64,000 nucleotides of DNA. It comes from Pseudomonadota bacterium (GTDB lineage: Bacteria > Pseudomonadota > Gammaproteobacteria > Steroidobacterales > Steroidobacteraceae). The notes under the pieces were generated by a model, which was given only the letters and a program-made list of their open reading frames with translations, had not been told where the DNA came from and did not search any database. Position 1 is the stretch's first letter. Each line of letters opens with the position of its first letter. Both the position numbers and the translations under genes were made by a program. Location of the stretch: contig JBDTPN010000007.1 of the NCBI GenBank assembly GCA_039932715.1, positions 19,503 through 83,502 of the forward strand. The letters are read 5' to 3'. Shown piece after piece: positions 26,758 to 36,816 of the stretch.

Positions 26758-28683
26758 ATGTCGTCAGACTCGTCGGAACTCTTTGGACATAGCGCCAGAA
26801 ATTTTCCGCCGCAACACAATATCGTGGACATAACAGCCAACCCAAAGCGCGGGCGAAACAGACCATTCGCCGGGTTCATGCAGTCAATCGGGCTGGGGCC
26901 GGGCCGTGGCGGCGGAACCAGAAAATCCATCGACAGCCGCGCAATGGAAGTGACCTGTCGCCAGATCATCGAGCTGACCGGCGATGGCGTGCTGATCATC
27001 AGCACTGATGGCAAGCAGATATTGGATGCCAACACTGCCATCCAGAAACTCTCAGGCAAGAATATCGAGCAGTTGCGTACAGTGGCCCTGCAGGGCTTGT
27101 TCCAAATGGGCGAAGCGGCGGACCGCCTGGCCTTTGCACAATTGCTGATCGGTGGCGCAACCCTGACGGTCGAAGTGACGGTGTCCGTCCCTGAGGGCGA
27201 TCCGCGCGCTGTTGAAATCAGCCGGATCGAGGTCGACCTTCCCAACCGGCAAATGCTGGGGCTGGTGGTGCGCGACCTGAGCCTGCGCAAGAAAGCGGAA
27301 TCGAACCTGCTGGCCAAGCAGAAGCATCTTGATAAGCTGGCACACCACGACCAGCTGACCGGCCTGCCCAACCGCGTTTTCCTGCAGGCGCATCTGCCCA
27401 AGGCCATCGAGCGCGCCACCGCAGAAAAAACCCTGATGGGCGTGCTGTTCCTGGACCTGGACCGCTTCAAGCATGTCAACGATTCGCTGGGCCATGAGGT
27501 AGGCGACAAGCTGCTGCAGGAAATCGCCAAGCGCGTGCGCACGGCCGTACGCCCGGATGACGTAGTCGTGCGCATGGGCGGCGACGAGTTTGTGGTGCTG
27601 CTGCACAGCGCACGATCGTATGACGAGATCAACAGCGCGGCCAACCGCATCAACACGGTGCTGGGCAGTCCGGTGGTGATCGACGGCCGGGCAGTGGTGG
27701 CCACGGTCAGCATTGGTGTCAGTGTGTTTCCGCGCGACGGCGCCACCATGGGTGAGCTGCTCAAGCATTCGGATACCGCGATGTACCAGGCCAAGGATTC
27801 CGGCCGCAACAATTTCCAGGTCTTCAGTCCCAAGATGGACCAGCAGATCAAGCGGCGCGTGGCCATAGAGAGTGCGCTGCGCACGGCGTTGAAACTCGGT
27901 CAGCTCGAGGTGCACTACCAGCCGGTGATCGAGATTGCGACCAAGAAACTGGCGGGAATGGAAGCGCTGCTGCGCTGGAAACATCCCACTCAGGGCTACA
28001 TTGCGCCGGCCAGCTTCGTGGAAGTGGCCGAGGATTCGGGGCTGATCCTGCCTATCGGGCAATTCGTCCTGGATCGAGTCACTGACGACATCGCGGACTG
28101 GCGCAAGCGCAAGCGCAAGCTGGTGCCGATAGCGGTCAACATCTCGGCCGTGCAGCTGGAGCGCACCAAACTGCACGATGTCATTCGCACCGCGCTGGCA
28201 AAACACGACATCCCTCCGAATCTGCTGCAGCTGGAGCTCACCGAGAGCTCGCTATTTGAAAAGCGTACTGGTGAATTCCGCGGGGACGCGCTGGAAAGCC
28301 TGCGCGACCTGGGTGTTAAGATTGTCATCGACGATTTCGGCACCGGCTATTCCAGCTTGCAATATCTAAAGCGCTGGCATGTCGATGCGCTCAAGATCGA
28401 CCGCGGGTTCGTCGCCGACATTGTCACCGATCCATCGGACTTCGCCATCGTCAGTGCCATCATTGCAATGGCGCGCAGCCTCAAGATCCAGGTGGTCGCC
28501 GAAGGCATAGAAGGCTGGCAGCAGCTGGAGATGCTGCGTAGCATGGGGTGCCACATGGCACAGGGTTTCCTGTTTGCCGCACCGGTTCCCGCTGAACAGG
28601 CCATCCGGTTCCTCAAGGCCGATGATGCGGATGGCGCCGGCGAGCTGACCATGCTTTTGTCACTGGCCAATACCGGTACCTGA
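26758..28683 (+). CDS. PAS-GGDEF-EAL cyclic-di-GMP signalling protein
   Basis: PAS core (IIELTGDGVLIISTDGKQILDAN), GGDEF (RMGGDEFVVLL), EAL (EALLRWKHP, DDFGTGYSSL, QGFLF). The true start may be an internal ATG because the first ~40 codons are atypically AT-rich. Confidence 0.9.
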   Translation: MSSDSSELFGHSARNFPPQHNIVDITANPKRGRNRPFAGFMQSIGLGPGRGGGTRKSIDSRAMEVTCRQIIELTGDGVLIISTDGKQILDANTAIQKLSGKNIEQLRTVALQGLFQMGEAADRLAFAQLLIGGATLTVEVTVSVPEGDPRAVEISRIEVDLPNRQMLGLVVRDLSLRKKAESNLLAKQKHLDKLAHHDQLTGLPNRVFLQAHLPKAIERATAEKTLMGVLFLDLDRFKHVNDSLGHEVGDKLLQEIAKRVRTAVRPDDVVVRMGGDEFVVLLHSARSYDEINSAANRINTVLGSPVVIDGRAVVATVSIGVSVFPRDGATMGELLKHSDTAMYQAKDSGRNNFQVFSPKMDQQIKRRVAIESALRTALKLGQLEVHYQPVIEIATKKLAGMEALLRWKHPTQGYIAPASFVEVAEDSGLILPIGQFVLDRVTDDIADWRKRKRKLVPIAVNISAVQLERTKLHDVIRTALAKHDIPPNLLQLELTESSLFEKRTGEFRGDALESLRDLGVKIVIDDFGTGYSSLQYLKRWHVDALKIDRGFVADIVTDPSDFAIVSAIIAMARSLKIQVVAEGIEGWQQLEMLRSMGCHMAQGFLFAAPVPAEQAIRFLKADDADGAGELTMLLSLANTGT

Positions 28684-29313
28684 TTCCAGCATCTGCAGCG
28701 CATTGCCGGTCGCGCCGCTGCTGGCCGTGTTGTCGAATACGCACCAGGCGGTGGTGCCGCGCGGCAGGGCCTTGAGTTCCCGTGCCCACTGCGCCAGGCG
28801 CTTGCGTTCGTATGTAGACCAGTACTTTCTTGGCGAGCCGTGCAGGCGGTAGTAGACGAGTCCATGCCAGCCACCCGGCAGCGCAGCGGCGGGCACAACC
28901 ACCGGATCTGCAGCAATCCGCGCGATTTTGTAGCGCCGTAGCAGCGCATCGGCGCGCGCATCGAACCAGCTGGGATGCCGTGGCTCACAGGCCACGGGCC
29001 CGGCATGCAGTTGGCGCAGCAGTGCGAAAAACGTGCGTGCGATGCGGGGTTCAAAGGCCAGCGAGGGTGGCAGTTGCACAACCAGCGGGCCCAGCCGTCG
29101 GCCCAGTCCGGTGACGCCGTCGAGGAATTCCTGCAGCGGCCGGCGCGCAGCGCGCAGGCGCTGAGCATGGGTGATTTGTCGCGGCAGTTTCACCGAGAAA
29201 CGGAAAGCGCGTGGTGTCTGGCTTGCCCAGCGCGCATAAGTGGTGCGCGCATGATTGCGATAGAAGGACGAGTTGATCTCCACGCCACGCAGCACTTGTG
29301 CATAGCGCCGCAA
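28660..29313 (-). CDS. DUF72 (UPF0759, YecE-like) protein; the conserved N-terminus extends to about 29388
   Basis: VEINSSFYR, FRFSVKLPRQITH and the rest are collinear with DUF72. The first canonical start is TTG 29313. The family N-terminus ([22 protein letters not shown]) is encoded in frame upstream, from a CTG at 29388 that overlaps the lhr TGA. Confidence 0.85.
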   Translation of the reverse strand: MRRYAQVLRGVEINSSFYRNHARTTYARWASQTPRAFRFSVKLPRQITHAQRLRAARRPLQEFLDGVTGLGRRLGPLVVQLPPSLAFEPRIARTFFALLRQLHAGPVACEPRHPSWFDARADALLRRYKIARIAADPVVVPAAALPGGWHGLVYYRLHGSPRKYWSTYERKRLAQWARELKALPRGTTAWCVFDNTASSGATGNALQMLESGTGIGQ

Positions 29314-29384
29314 ATGGGTTCCCTCGGCAGGAAAGCGCGCGGCCCAGCTGCGCGAAATGGACCATCCTGCTGTGGCAATGACGA

Positions 29385-32300
29385 TCAGAGGCCTACTACC
29401 CTGTCTGTGCCAGACTTATTCCTGTGACGCAGCAGCGCGGTGCGTAACTGCCATTCCTCACCCTGCGCAACGGCCTCGAGAAACTGCGTCTGCCCGGCTA
29501 CGTAAATGGCCAGCGGCACGCCATCGCGCAGCAGCAAGCGGTTTCCCGCCAGGGCAGCCAGCCTTGCACCGGGGGTCACGATACCCAGCAGATTGAGCGG
29601 GTCCGCTGCGCTCAGTGAAACCAGAAGGCCCTGCTTGTCACGCCGGCGCACCGCACGCAGCGCGGCCACCGCGTCTGGCAAGGCGTATTGCTCGCCACTG
29701 CTATTGGCTACGAACCGGCCGCCACGGATCTGTCCCTGCGCCTCGAGCCGGCGATAGACGCGCAGCAGCAGGTGCCACGGCGGCAGCCACTGCGACTCCC
29801 GGGTCAGCAGCTTGCGAAACACCACCCCATAGCGGCGCAGCAACAGCCATGCAATGGACTCCAGTTGCTCGGGTTGCAGCTGGCCTGCGGCCGCATCAGC
29901 AGTAGTGTGCAATGGACGTATCAGGCTCCAGCGACCGGCCTCTTCGAGGCCATGCAATGCCAGCCGCCTGCCACGGGCGGCAAGCTTGCGCCGGCGTTCC
30001 AGGGGCAACAGCAGGGCGCGCAGCCCGCCAAAGCTGTCGGCAGTGGCAAGTCCCGCGGCAACCAGTTCCCCCAGTGCACCCTCGGCCTGCGAGTGCAGTA
30101 ATCGCGTGCCGCCAAGCATCTCGTTGAAGAACGACGCGCCCTGGGCCTGCAGGTATTGCGCCAGCGCTTGTGCGTTGGCAGACAGCTTCGTGATTTCCCC
30201 TTGGGGCGACAGTTCGCGCCACATGGTGGAATGCTGCCGACGCAACAGGGCTATAGGGGTGGCGCGCACCGGTCCGGTGGTGGCATTGCGCGGCGGATCC
30301 AGGCGTGTCCAAAGCGTGCGGCCCGAGAGGCAAAGGCTGTCGAGCCACGCGGCGTCGTACGCGCCCATGCGCGCGGGCAACACGTCGGCCTCCCACGCCA
30401 CTGCTGGCACCTCAAAGCCTTCGAGCTGCTCGATAATCGCAGCAAGACTGGCCACTCCTTCGGGTCGTGGCTGAGTTGTGATCCCCTGCCAGTCGAGCAG
30501 GAAGCGCATGAAATCCGCGGACGCCACAGGCTCGATCTCGGCGCGCAAGGTGCGGATGGTATAGCGGTGGATGCGGGCCAGCAGGCGGCGCTCACACCAT
30601 TCAGTGTCGTTTGACTCGTGGCTGAATTGCCCGCGCAGCACAAACCCTTCGCTTTCCAGCTGCAGCAGTGCGGCGTCGAGCATCCCCACAGGCAGGGACA
30701 GCGTGGCAGCCAGGGCCACTGCGGTCACCGGGCCCATGGCCTGCAGGCGACCGCGCACCAGCTCGGTACAGGCCACCTCGGGTGACCATGCGCGCGCGGC
30801 GTAGGGGGCAGGAACCAAGGACAGCGGCGCTACGCTGGCCTGCGTGTACAGCACCCCCAGCATGTGCAACTGCTCCACGGCCACCCAGTAGCTGCCGGTC
30901 GTAGTCAACAGCCGCGCAGCGCGTCGCTCCCGCACCAGTGCTTCAAACCATTGCTGCCATGGCGGCTCTTCCGCCATCACCCCCAGCAGCATCAGCGCGT
31001 CATGCAGTTCATCGGGATTTTCGACATTGGGCCAGGCTTCTGCGCGCACCTGTGCGATGGCAATCGGATCAAGCTTGCCAAATTCCGCGGCAGTCTGCGG
31101 ATCCAGCCAGCGCCGCGACGCCACTGCCTGGGTGCGGCGCTCTTCCAGCGGCGCATCGTCAAGATAGGCATAAGGGCGAGCGCCCAGGATCTCCATGGCC
31201 AGTGGCGATGGATGTGGCAGGTCACGCGTGAGCACACGCCGCTGCCCCGACTCGATTGACTGCAGCAATGCAATCAGGCCGTCCACATCCATGGCCTCGT
31301 GCAGGCAATCGTGCAGTGTCTGCTGCACCAGCGGATGCTCCGGCACCTGGCGCTCACCGCGCAGGTTCTCGGCGCAGGCCAGCTGGTCAGGAAAAATCAC
31401 CGAGAGCAGATCCTCGGACGCCATGCGCAGCAGTGGCGGCGCCACCTTCTTGCCCGCGCGCGAAGTCCTCACTGCCAGCGATACCGTGGCGTTCCAGCGC
31501 CAGCGGGTGGCAAACAGCGGCGCATCGAGCACGGCCTGTGTCAGCACCTGCTCGACGGTGCGACTATTGAGATAACGCGGCACGTCGTCGAGCGCGAAGC
31601 TGTGGGTTTCACCCAGGGACAGGACAATCGCATCTTCAGTGGCAGCGGCCTGCAATTCGAAATTGAAGGTCTGGCAGAAGCGCTTGCGCAGCGCCAGTCC
31701 CAGCGCCCGGTTGATGCGCGCCCCGAAGGGCACGTGCAGCACCAGTTGCATGCCGCCGCCCTCATCGAAGAAGCGCTCGATGACCAGCAGCTGCTGCGTT
31801 GGCAGACTGCCCAGGGCGGCCTTGGCGGCTGCAAGATATTCGACGATCTGTCGCGCGGCGGTCGCATCGAGGCCGTGTCGCTGCATAGTGATGCCAATGG
31901 CGCCCTCGATGGTGTCGGGATCTACATCCGGCAGCGCGGCGTCGATTTCTGCGCGCAGTGACGAGACTGCCACGGACAATTCATTGCTGCGCGCAGGGGC
32001 TTCACCCAGCCAGAACGGAATGGTTGGCGGCTGCCCTGCAGCATCCTCGACGCGCACGCGACCGGCCTCCACCCGCAGGATCCGGTATGAGGTGTTGCCC
32101 AGCTGGAAGATGTCGCCCGCCAGGCTCTCGACTGCGAAGTCCTCATTGAGCGTTCCAACGAAAATCCCCGCCGGTTCGAGGACTACCTGGTAGTCCGCAT
32201 TTGCCGGGATGGCGCCGCCACAGGTCAACGCAGTGAGGCGCGCGCCGCGCCGCGCGCGTAAACGATGATTGACCGTATCGCGATGCAGATAGGCGCTCTG

Positions 32301-33692
32301 CTGGCCGCGACGTGAGGCGTATCCCTCCGCCAGCATGCGCAGCACCGCGTCATAATTATCTTGGTGCAAATCTCGATAAGGCCATGCGCGGCGCAGCAGC
32401 GCCAGCAGTTCGCCTTCGTCATACTCGCGCGCACTGACTTCCGCGACGATTTGTTGGGCGAGGACGTCAAGCGGCCTGACAGGAATATGCAGCCGGTCCA
32501 GTTCGCCGGCACGCACGGCGTCCAGCAACGCGGTGCATTCGATCAACTCGTCGCGACTCAGGGGGAAGAGCCGGCCCTTGGGCACGCCTCCCACCGCATG
32601 GTTGGCGCGACCCACGCGCTGCAGGAAGGTGGAAATCGCGCGCGGCGTCGCCAGCTGACACACCAGTTCCACGTCCCCGATGTCGATTCCCAGTTCCAGC
32701 GAGGCGGTGGCCACCAGTGCGCGCAGCGTCCCGGCCTTGAGGCGCTGTTCTGCATCCAGTCGCTGTTCGCGTGACAGGCTGCCGTGGTGCGCCGCCACGT
32801 TTTCCGCGCCGATGCGTTCGCTCAGGTTTCGCGTGACCCGTTCAACCATGCGCCGGGTATTGGCGAAGATCAGCGTGGTGTGGTGCTGACTGATCAGTGA
32901 TGCGATCTTGTCGTACAGCGTTTGCCATATCTCGTTGGACATCACCGCCTCAAGCGGCGAGTCGGGCAGCACCAGCGCCAGGTCGCGAACCCGGCTGTGG
33001 CCGCTGTCAACGACCACGCAGGCATCGGCTGCATCGGTGACGCCGACAAGGAAATGCGCAACTTCCTCGATGGGCTTCTGCGTGGCCGAGAGGCCTATGC
33101 GTTGCAGCCGCCGACCCGCCAGCGCGGCCAGGCGCTCCAGAGACAGCGCCAGATGCGAGCCGCGCTTGGTGCCGGCGACGGCATGTATCTCATCGACAAT
33201 GACACTGCGCGTGCTGGCCAGCATCGCGCGCCCGGACTCGCTGGTCAGCAGCAAGTAAAGGGATTCGGGCGTGGTCACGAGTATATGCGGCGGGGACTTG
33301 CGCATGGCCACGCGCTCGCCTTGCGGCGTGTCCCCGGTGCGCACCTGCGCGCGAATGGGTGTGGTCTGGATTCCCTGCGATCTGAGTTCCTCTTCAATGC
33401 CCCGCAGCGGGGCTTCCAGATTGCGCTGGATATCGTTGGACAAGGCCTTGAGGGGAGACACGTATACCACCTGCACCGCGTTCACCAGCGAACCACTGAC
33501 GGCTTCGCGTACCAGGCTGTCGATGGCTGCGAGGAATGCCGCCAGTGTCTTGCCCGATCCGGTGGGCGCGGCAATCAGGGTGTGACGACCCGCCTGTATG
33601 GGTGGCCACGCCGCGCGTTGCGGCGCGGTGGGCTCATTGAAGTTGCGGCTGAACCAACCCGCAACGGCAGGGTGAAAGTTGTGGAGCGCCAT
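29385..33692 (-). CDS. lhr: Lhr-family large ATP-dependent DNA/RNA helicase
   Basis: 1435 aa. Superfamily 2 motifs ([22 protein letters not shown]), followed by the long Lhr-type DEAD-associated/winged-helix C-terminal extension. Confidence 0.9.
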   Translation of the reverse strand: MALHNFHPAVAGWFSRNFNEPTAPQRAAWPPIQAGRHTLIAAPTGSGKTLAAFLAAIDSLVREAVSGSLVNAVQVVYVSPLKALSNDIQRNLEAPLRGIEEELRSQGIQTTPIRAQVRTGDTPQGERVAMRKSPPHILVTTPESLYLLLTSESGRAMLASTRSVIVDEIHAVAGTKRGSHLALSLERLAALAGRRLQRIGLSATQKPIEEVAHFLVGVTDAADACVVVDSGHSRVRDLALVLPDSPLEAVMSNEIWQTLYDKIASLISQHHTTLIFANTRRMVERVTRNLSERIGAENVAAHHGSLSREQRLDAEQRLKAGTLRALVATASLELGIDIGDVELVCQLATPRAISTFLQRVGRANHAVGGVPKGRLFPLSRDELIECTALLDAVRAGELDRLHIPVRPLDVLAQQIVAEVSAREYDEGELLALLRRAWPYRDLHQDNYDAVLRMLAEGYASRRGQQSAYLHRDTVNHRLRARRGARLTALTCGGAIPANADYQVVLEPAGIFVGTLNEDFAVESLAGDIFQLGNTSYRILRVEAGRVRVEDAAGQPPTIPFWLGEAPARSNELSVAVSSLRAEIDAALPDVDPDTIEGAIGITMQRHGLDATAARQIVEYLAAAKAALGSLPTQQLLVIERFFDEGGGMQLVLHVPFGARINRALGLALRKRFCQTFNFELQAAATEDAIVLSLGETHSFALDDVPRYLNSRTVEQVLTQAVLDAPLFATRWRWNATVSLAVRTSRAGKKVAPPLLRMASEDLLSVIFPDQLACAENLRGERQVPEHPLVQQTLHDCLHEAMDVDGLIALLQSIESGQRRVLTRDLPHPSPLAMEILGARPYAYLDDAPLEERRTQAVASRRWLDPQTAAEFGKLDPIAIAQVRAEAWPNVENPDELHDALMLLGVMAEEPPWQQWFEALVRERRAARLLTTTGSYWVAVEQLHMLGVLYTQASVAPLSLVPAPYAARAWSPEVACTELVRGRLQAMGPVTAVALAATLSLPVGMLDAALLQLESEGFVLRGQFSHESNDTEWCERRLLARIHRYTIRTLRAEIEPVASADFMRFLLDWQGITTQPRPEGVASLAAIIEQLEGFEVPAVAWEADVLPARMGAYDAAWLDSLCLSGRTLWTRLDPPRNATTGPVRATPIALLRRQHSTMWRELSPQGEITKLSANAQALAQYLQAQGASFFNEMLGGTRLLHSQAEGALGELVAAGLATADSFGGLRALLLPLERRRKLAARGRRLALHGLEEAGRWSLIRPLHTTADAAAGQLQPEQLESIAWLLLRRYGVVFRKLLTRESQWLPPWHLLLRVYRRLEAQGQIRGGRFVANSSGEQYALPDAVAALRAVRRRDKQGLLVSLSAADPLNLLGIVTPGARLAALAGNRLLLRDGVPLAIYVAGQTQFLEAVAQGEEWQLRTALLRHRNKSGTDRVVGL

Positions 33693-33761
33693 CCGCGATA
33701 TTTTACGCCAGTCGTCAAGCCCCGGTGCCAGGGCGCGGCAGAGCGTCGGCCACAGTGCCCG

Positions 33762-34187
33762 TCAGAGTCGGCGCAGCCGCTCCAGGTAGACCAGCTCATC
33801 CGGCGCACGACCGGCGCGCTGTGCTTCCCACAGCGTCTCCGCCAGCACATCGATCATGCGGTGCTCGACTTCATGGGCATCGCCAACACTGCGGTCCAGG
33901 CGCAGGTATTCCTGCTGGATGCCCATGGGCCGGTCCGTGCCCAGCTGTTCGCGCAGGGCCAGGTGCAGACCCATGTGCAGGAAGGGATTCACCTGACCGT
34001 GTTCAACCGTGAACGGCCGCGACAGTGACTCCTCATCCGCAAGCATTGCCTGGTATTCCGGGTGCAGCTCGATCACATCCGCGATCAGCGCATCCAGCGG
34101 TTCCAGGGGCAGTCTTTCCATGCGTCGCCGCCACGAGTCGAAATAGCGTTGCCGCAGTTCGTCCTTGCCGGAGTTGGCGAAGATCAA
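33762..34187 (-). CDS. DUF1841-family protein
   Basis: TTG start at 34187 (AGAGG 7 nt upstream) in a TTGA overlap with the nth stop. RQRYFDSWRRRMERLPLEPLDALIADVIELHPEY...NPFLHMGLHLALREQLGTDRP matches DUF1841 as I recall it. Confidence 0.7.
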   Translation of the reverse strand: MIFANSGKDELRQRYFDSWRRRMERLPLEPLDALIADVIELHPEYQAMLADEESLSRPFTVEHGQVNPFLHMGLHLALREQLGTDRPMGIQQEYLRLDRSVGDAHEVEHRMIDVLAETLWEAQRAGRAPDELVYLERLRRL

Positions 34188-34837
34188 GTTGTTACCTCTG
34201 TCAGCCCGGAGGTCTTTGGCCGGTACGCACACCAGGCGGCAATGCAGCACTCTGGACAGCGCGGCTTGCGGGCCACGCATACATGTCGTCCGTGCAATAT
34301 CAACCAATGATGCGCGTGTGGCAGGAATTCCTCTGGCGTCACCTTGAGCAGGCGCTGCTCCACGGCCAGTGGCGTGGCGCCCCGTGCCAGCCCGGTGCGA
34401 TTGGCGACGCGAAACACATGCGTGTCCACCGCGATGGTGGGTTCACCGAATGACACATTGAGCACCACATTCGCGGTTTTGCGGCCCACTCCAGGCAAGG
34501 CTTGTAGCGCCTCCCGATCATGGGGCACCGTGCCCCCATGGCGTTCGATGAGCAGGCGACACATCTCGATCACGTTCTTCGCCTTGGCGTTGAAGAGGCC
34601 AATGTGCCGAATGTACGGCGTCAGGCCGGTAACGCCAAGTTCCAATATGGATTGCGGGGTGCGAGCCTGCGCAAACAGGCGTCGCGTCGCGATATTGACG
34701 CTGCGATCCGTGGCCTGTGCCGAAAGGATGACCGCCACCAGCAGCTCGAATGGCGTGGCGAACGCAAGTTCGCTGCGCGGCGCGGGGTTGGCAGCGCGCA
34801 ACGCGCCGAAAATCGCCGCGACGCGCGCCGGGGTCAA
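34184..34837 (-). CDS. nth: Endonuclease III
   Basis: HhH-GPD motif (LPGVGRKTANVVL), catalytic VDTHVFRV, and a C-terminal 4Fe-4S cluster CX6CX2CX5C (CVARKPRCPECCIAAWC). TTG start in a TTGA overlap with the metG stop. Confidence 0.95.
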   Translation of the reverse strand: MTPARVAAIFGALRAANPAPRSELAFATPFELLVAVILSAQATDRSVNIATRRLFAQARTPQSILELGVTGLTPYIRHIGLFNAKAKNVIEMCRLLIERHGGTVPHDREALQALPGVGRKTANVVLNVSFGEPTIAVDTHVFRVANRTGLARGATPLAVEQRLLKVTPEEFLPHAHHWLILHGRHVCVARKPRCPECCIAAWCAYRPKTSGLTEVTT

Positions 34838-36816
34838 CTGATCTTCATGCCGGGCGTGACGCCCGCATCCGCCGACAACAGGAATACGCCGCTATCGTTG
34901 CCGCTGGCGCACAGCACCATTCCCTCGGAGACGCCGAAGCGCATCTTGCGCGGCGCGAGGTTGGCGATCATTACCACGTAGCGGCCTACTAGTGATTCAG
35001 GCGCGTAGCTGGCGCTGATGCCGGAGAACACATTGCGCTGCTCGGTGCCGAGGTCGAGCTTCAGCTGCAGCAGCTTGTCAGAACCGGCCACGCGTGTGGC
35101 CTCCAGCACCAGTGCGGCGCGCAGGTCGAGCTTGGCGAAGTCATCAATGCTGATCACGGGTTTTCCTGAGGTAACTGGCGTGGGCGCAGCGACGAGCTGC
35201 TTGACGATGACCGGGTCAAGTCGTGCAGCCAGCTGTGGATATTTTGCAATGGCTGCTCCCAGCAGCGGCTCGTCAACACTGTGCCACGCCTGCGAAGCGC
35301 TGCATCCCAGCCACTGCGCCGCATTGGCCGCAATGCCGGGCATCACGGGAGCCAGCCAGGTCATCAATACGCGAAACAGATTGATGCCCTGCGTGGCCAC
35401 CGCGCGCGCCTCATCCAGTCGCGCCGCATCCTTGGCAAGTACCCAGGGTTTCTGCTGGTCTACATACTGGTTGGCGCGATCAGCCAGCGCCATGATTTCG
35501 CGTATCGCACCTGCATAGTCGCGGGATTCATAAAGCGCAGCGATCGGCTCCGCGGCAGCGCTGAAGCTCTCGTAAAGGGCTGGATCAGGAAGCCGGTCCG
35601 CAAGTTTGCCGCCGCCGCGCTCGATGAACGGTGCGCAGCGGCTGGCGATATTGACCAGCTTGCCCACGATGTCCGAGTTCACGCGCGCGCAGAAATCCTC
35701 AAGGGTGAAATCGATGTCATCCAGGCCATTGCCCAGCTTGGCCGCAAAGTAATAGCGCAGGTGATCGGAAGGCAGCAGGTCGAGATAGCGGCGCGCGGTG
35801 ATGTTGGTGCCGCGTGACTTCGACATCTTCTGGCCGTCGACGGTGAGGAAGCCATGCACGTGAACACCGGTGGGACGCCGGAATCCTGACCCCTGCAGCA
35901 TGGCAGGCCAGAACAGGGTGTGGAAATAGCTGATGTCCTTGCCGATGAAATGATGCAGCTCGGTGGTGGCGCCGGCCTTCCAGTATTTGTCGAAATCCAG
36001 GCCGCGCGCGGCGGCCAGTGCCGCGAAACTGCCGATGTAGCCCACCGGTGCATCGAACCATACATAGAAGAACTTGCCCGGTGCATCCGGGATCTCGAAC
36101 CCGAAGTACGGTGCATCACGCGAGATGTCCCAGTCCTTGAGGCCGGTCTCCAGCCATTCGTCCAGCTTGGCGCGTACGGCAGTCTGCAGGCCTTTGCCCG
36201 CCAGCCACTCACGCAGATCCGCTTCGTAATCTCCCAGCTTGAAGAACAGGTGCTCGGAGTCGCGCAGCACCGGCTTCGTACCGGTGATAGTCGAAACTGC
36301 GTCCTTGAGATCTTCGGGGGAATAGGTTGCCCCGCAATTCTCGCAACTGTCGCCGTACTGGTCGGCCGTGCCGCAGCGCGGGCAGGTGCCGCGGACAAAG
36401 CGGTCGGGCAGGAACATGCCGGCCGTTTCATCATAAGCCTGGCGCACCACGCGCCGCGCTATGGAGCCGCGCTGGCGCAATGCCTCATACATCAGCGTGG
36501 AATAACGGCGGTTTTCCTCGCTGTGCGTGGAATGGAAATGATCGAATGCGATCTGGAAGCCGGCGTAGTCACGCTGGTGTTCGGTGGCGTATGCGGCCAC
36601 CAGCGCCTCGGGCGTGATGCCATCCTGGCGGGCGCGGATCATGATCGGTGTGCCATGGCAATCCTCGGCACAAACGTATAGGCATGCATTGCCACGCATA
36701 CGCTGGAAGCGACACCAGATATCGGTCTGCACTGCCTCGACGATATGACCGAGGTGCAGGGGGCCGTTGGCGTAGGGCAGGGCGCTGGTGACCAGTATCG
36801 TGCGGGGCTGACTCAA
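34834..36816 (-). CDS. metG: Methionine--tRNA ligase
   Basis: Collinear with E. coli MetG: ALPYANGPLHLGH, Zn knuckle CPRCG...CENCG, KMSKS, and a C-terminal tRNA-binding domain. TTG start (GAAGGA 6 nt upstream) overlaps the upstream TGA. Confidence 0.95.
   Translation of the reverse strand: MSQPRTILVTSALPYANGPLHLGHIVEAVQTDIWCRFQRMRGNACLYVCAEDCHGTPIMIRARQDGITPEALVAAYATEHQRDYAGFQIAFDHFHSTHSEENRRYSTLMYEALRQRGSIARRVVRQAYDETAGMFLPDRFVRGTCPRCGTADQYGDSCENCGATYSPEDLKDAVSTITGTKPVLRDSEHLFFKLGDYEADLREWLAGKGLQTAVRAKLDEWLETGLKDWDISRDAPYFGFEIPDAPGKFFYVWFDAPVGYIGSFAALAAARGLDFDKYWKAGATTELHHFIGKDISYFHTLFWPAMLQGSGFRRPTGVHVHGFLTVDGQKMSKSRGTNITARRYLDLLPSDHLRYYFAAKLGNGLDDIDFTLEDFCARVNSDIVGKLVNIASRCAPFIERGGGKLADRLPDPALYESFSAAAEPIAALYESRDYAGAIREIMALADRANQYVDQQKPWVLAKDAARLDEARAVATQGINLFRVLMTWLAPVMPGIAANAAQWLGCSASQAWHSVDEPLLGAAIAKYPQLAARLDPVIVKQLVAAPTPVTSGKPVISIDDFAKLDLRAALVLEATRVAGSDKLLQLKLDLGTEQRNVFSGISASYAPESLVGRYVVMIANLAPRKMRFGVSEGMVLCASGNDSGVFLLSADAGVTPGMKIS

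Noticed and set aside
26751-28206. Two long antisense ORFs (377 and 384 aa) inside the second PAS-GGDEF-EAL gene
   Set aside because: No motifs are present, and the plus strand has unambiguous GGDEF/EAL signatures.
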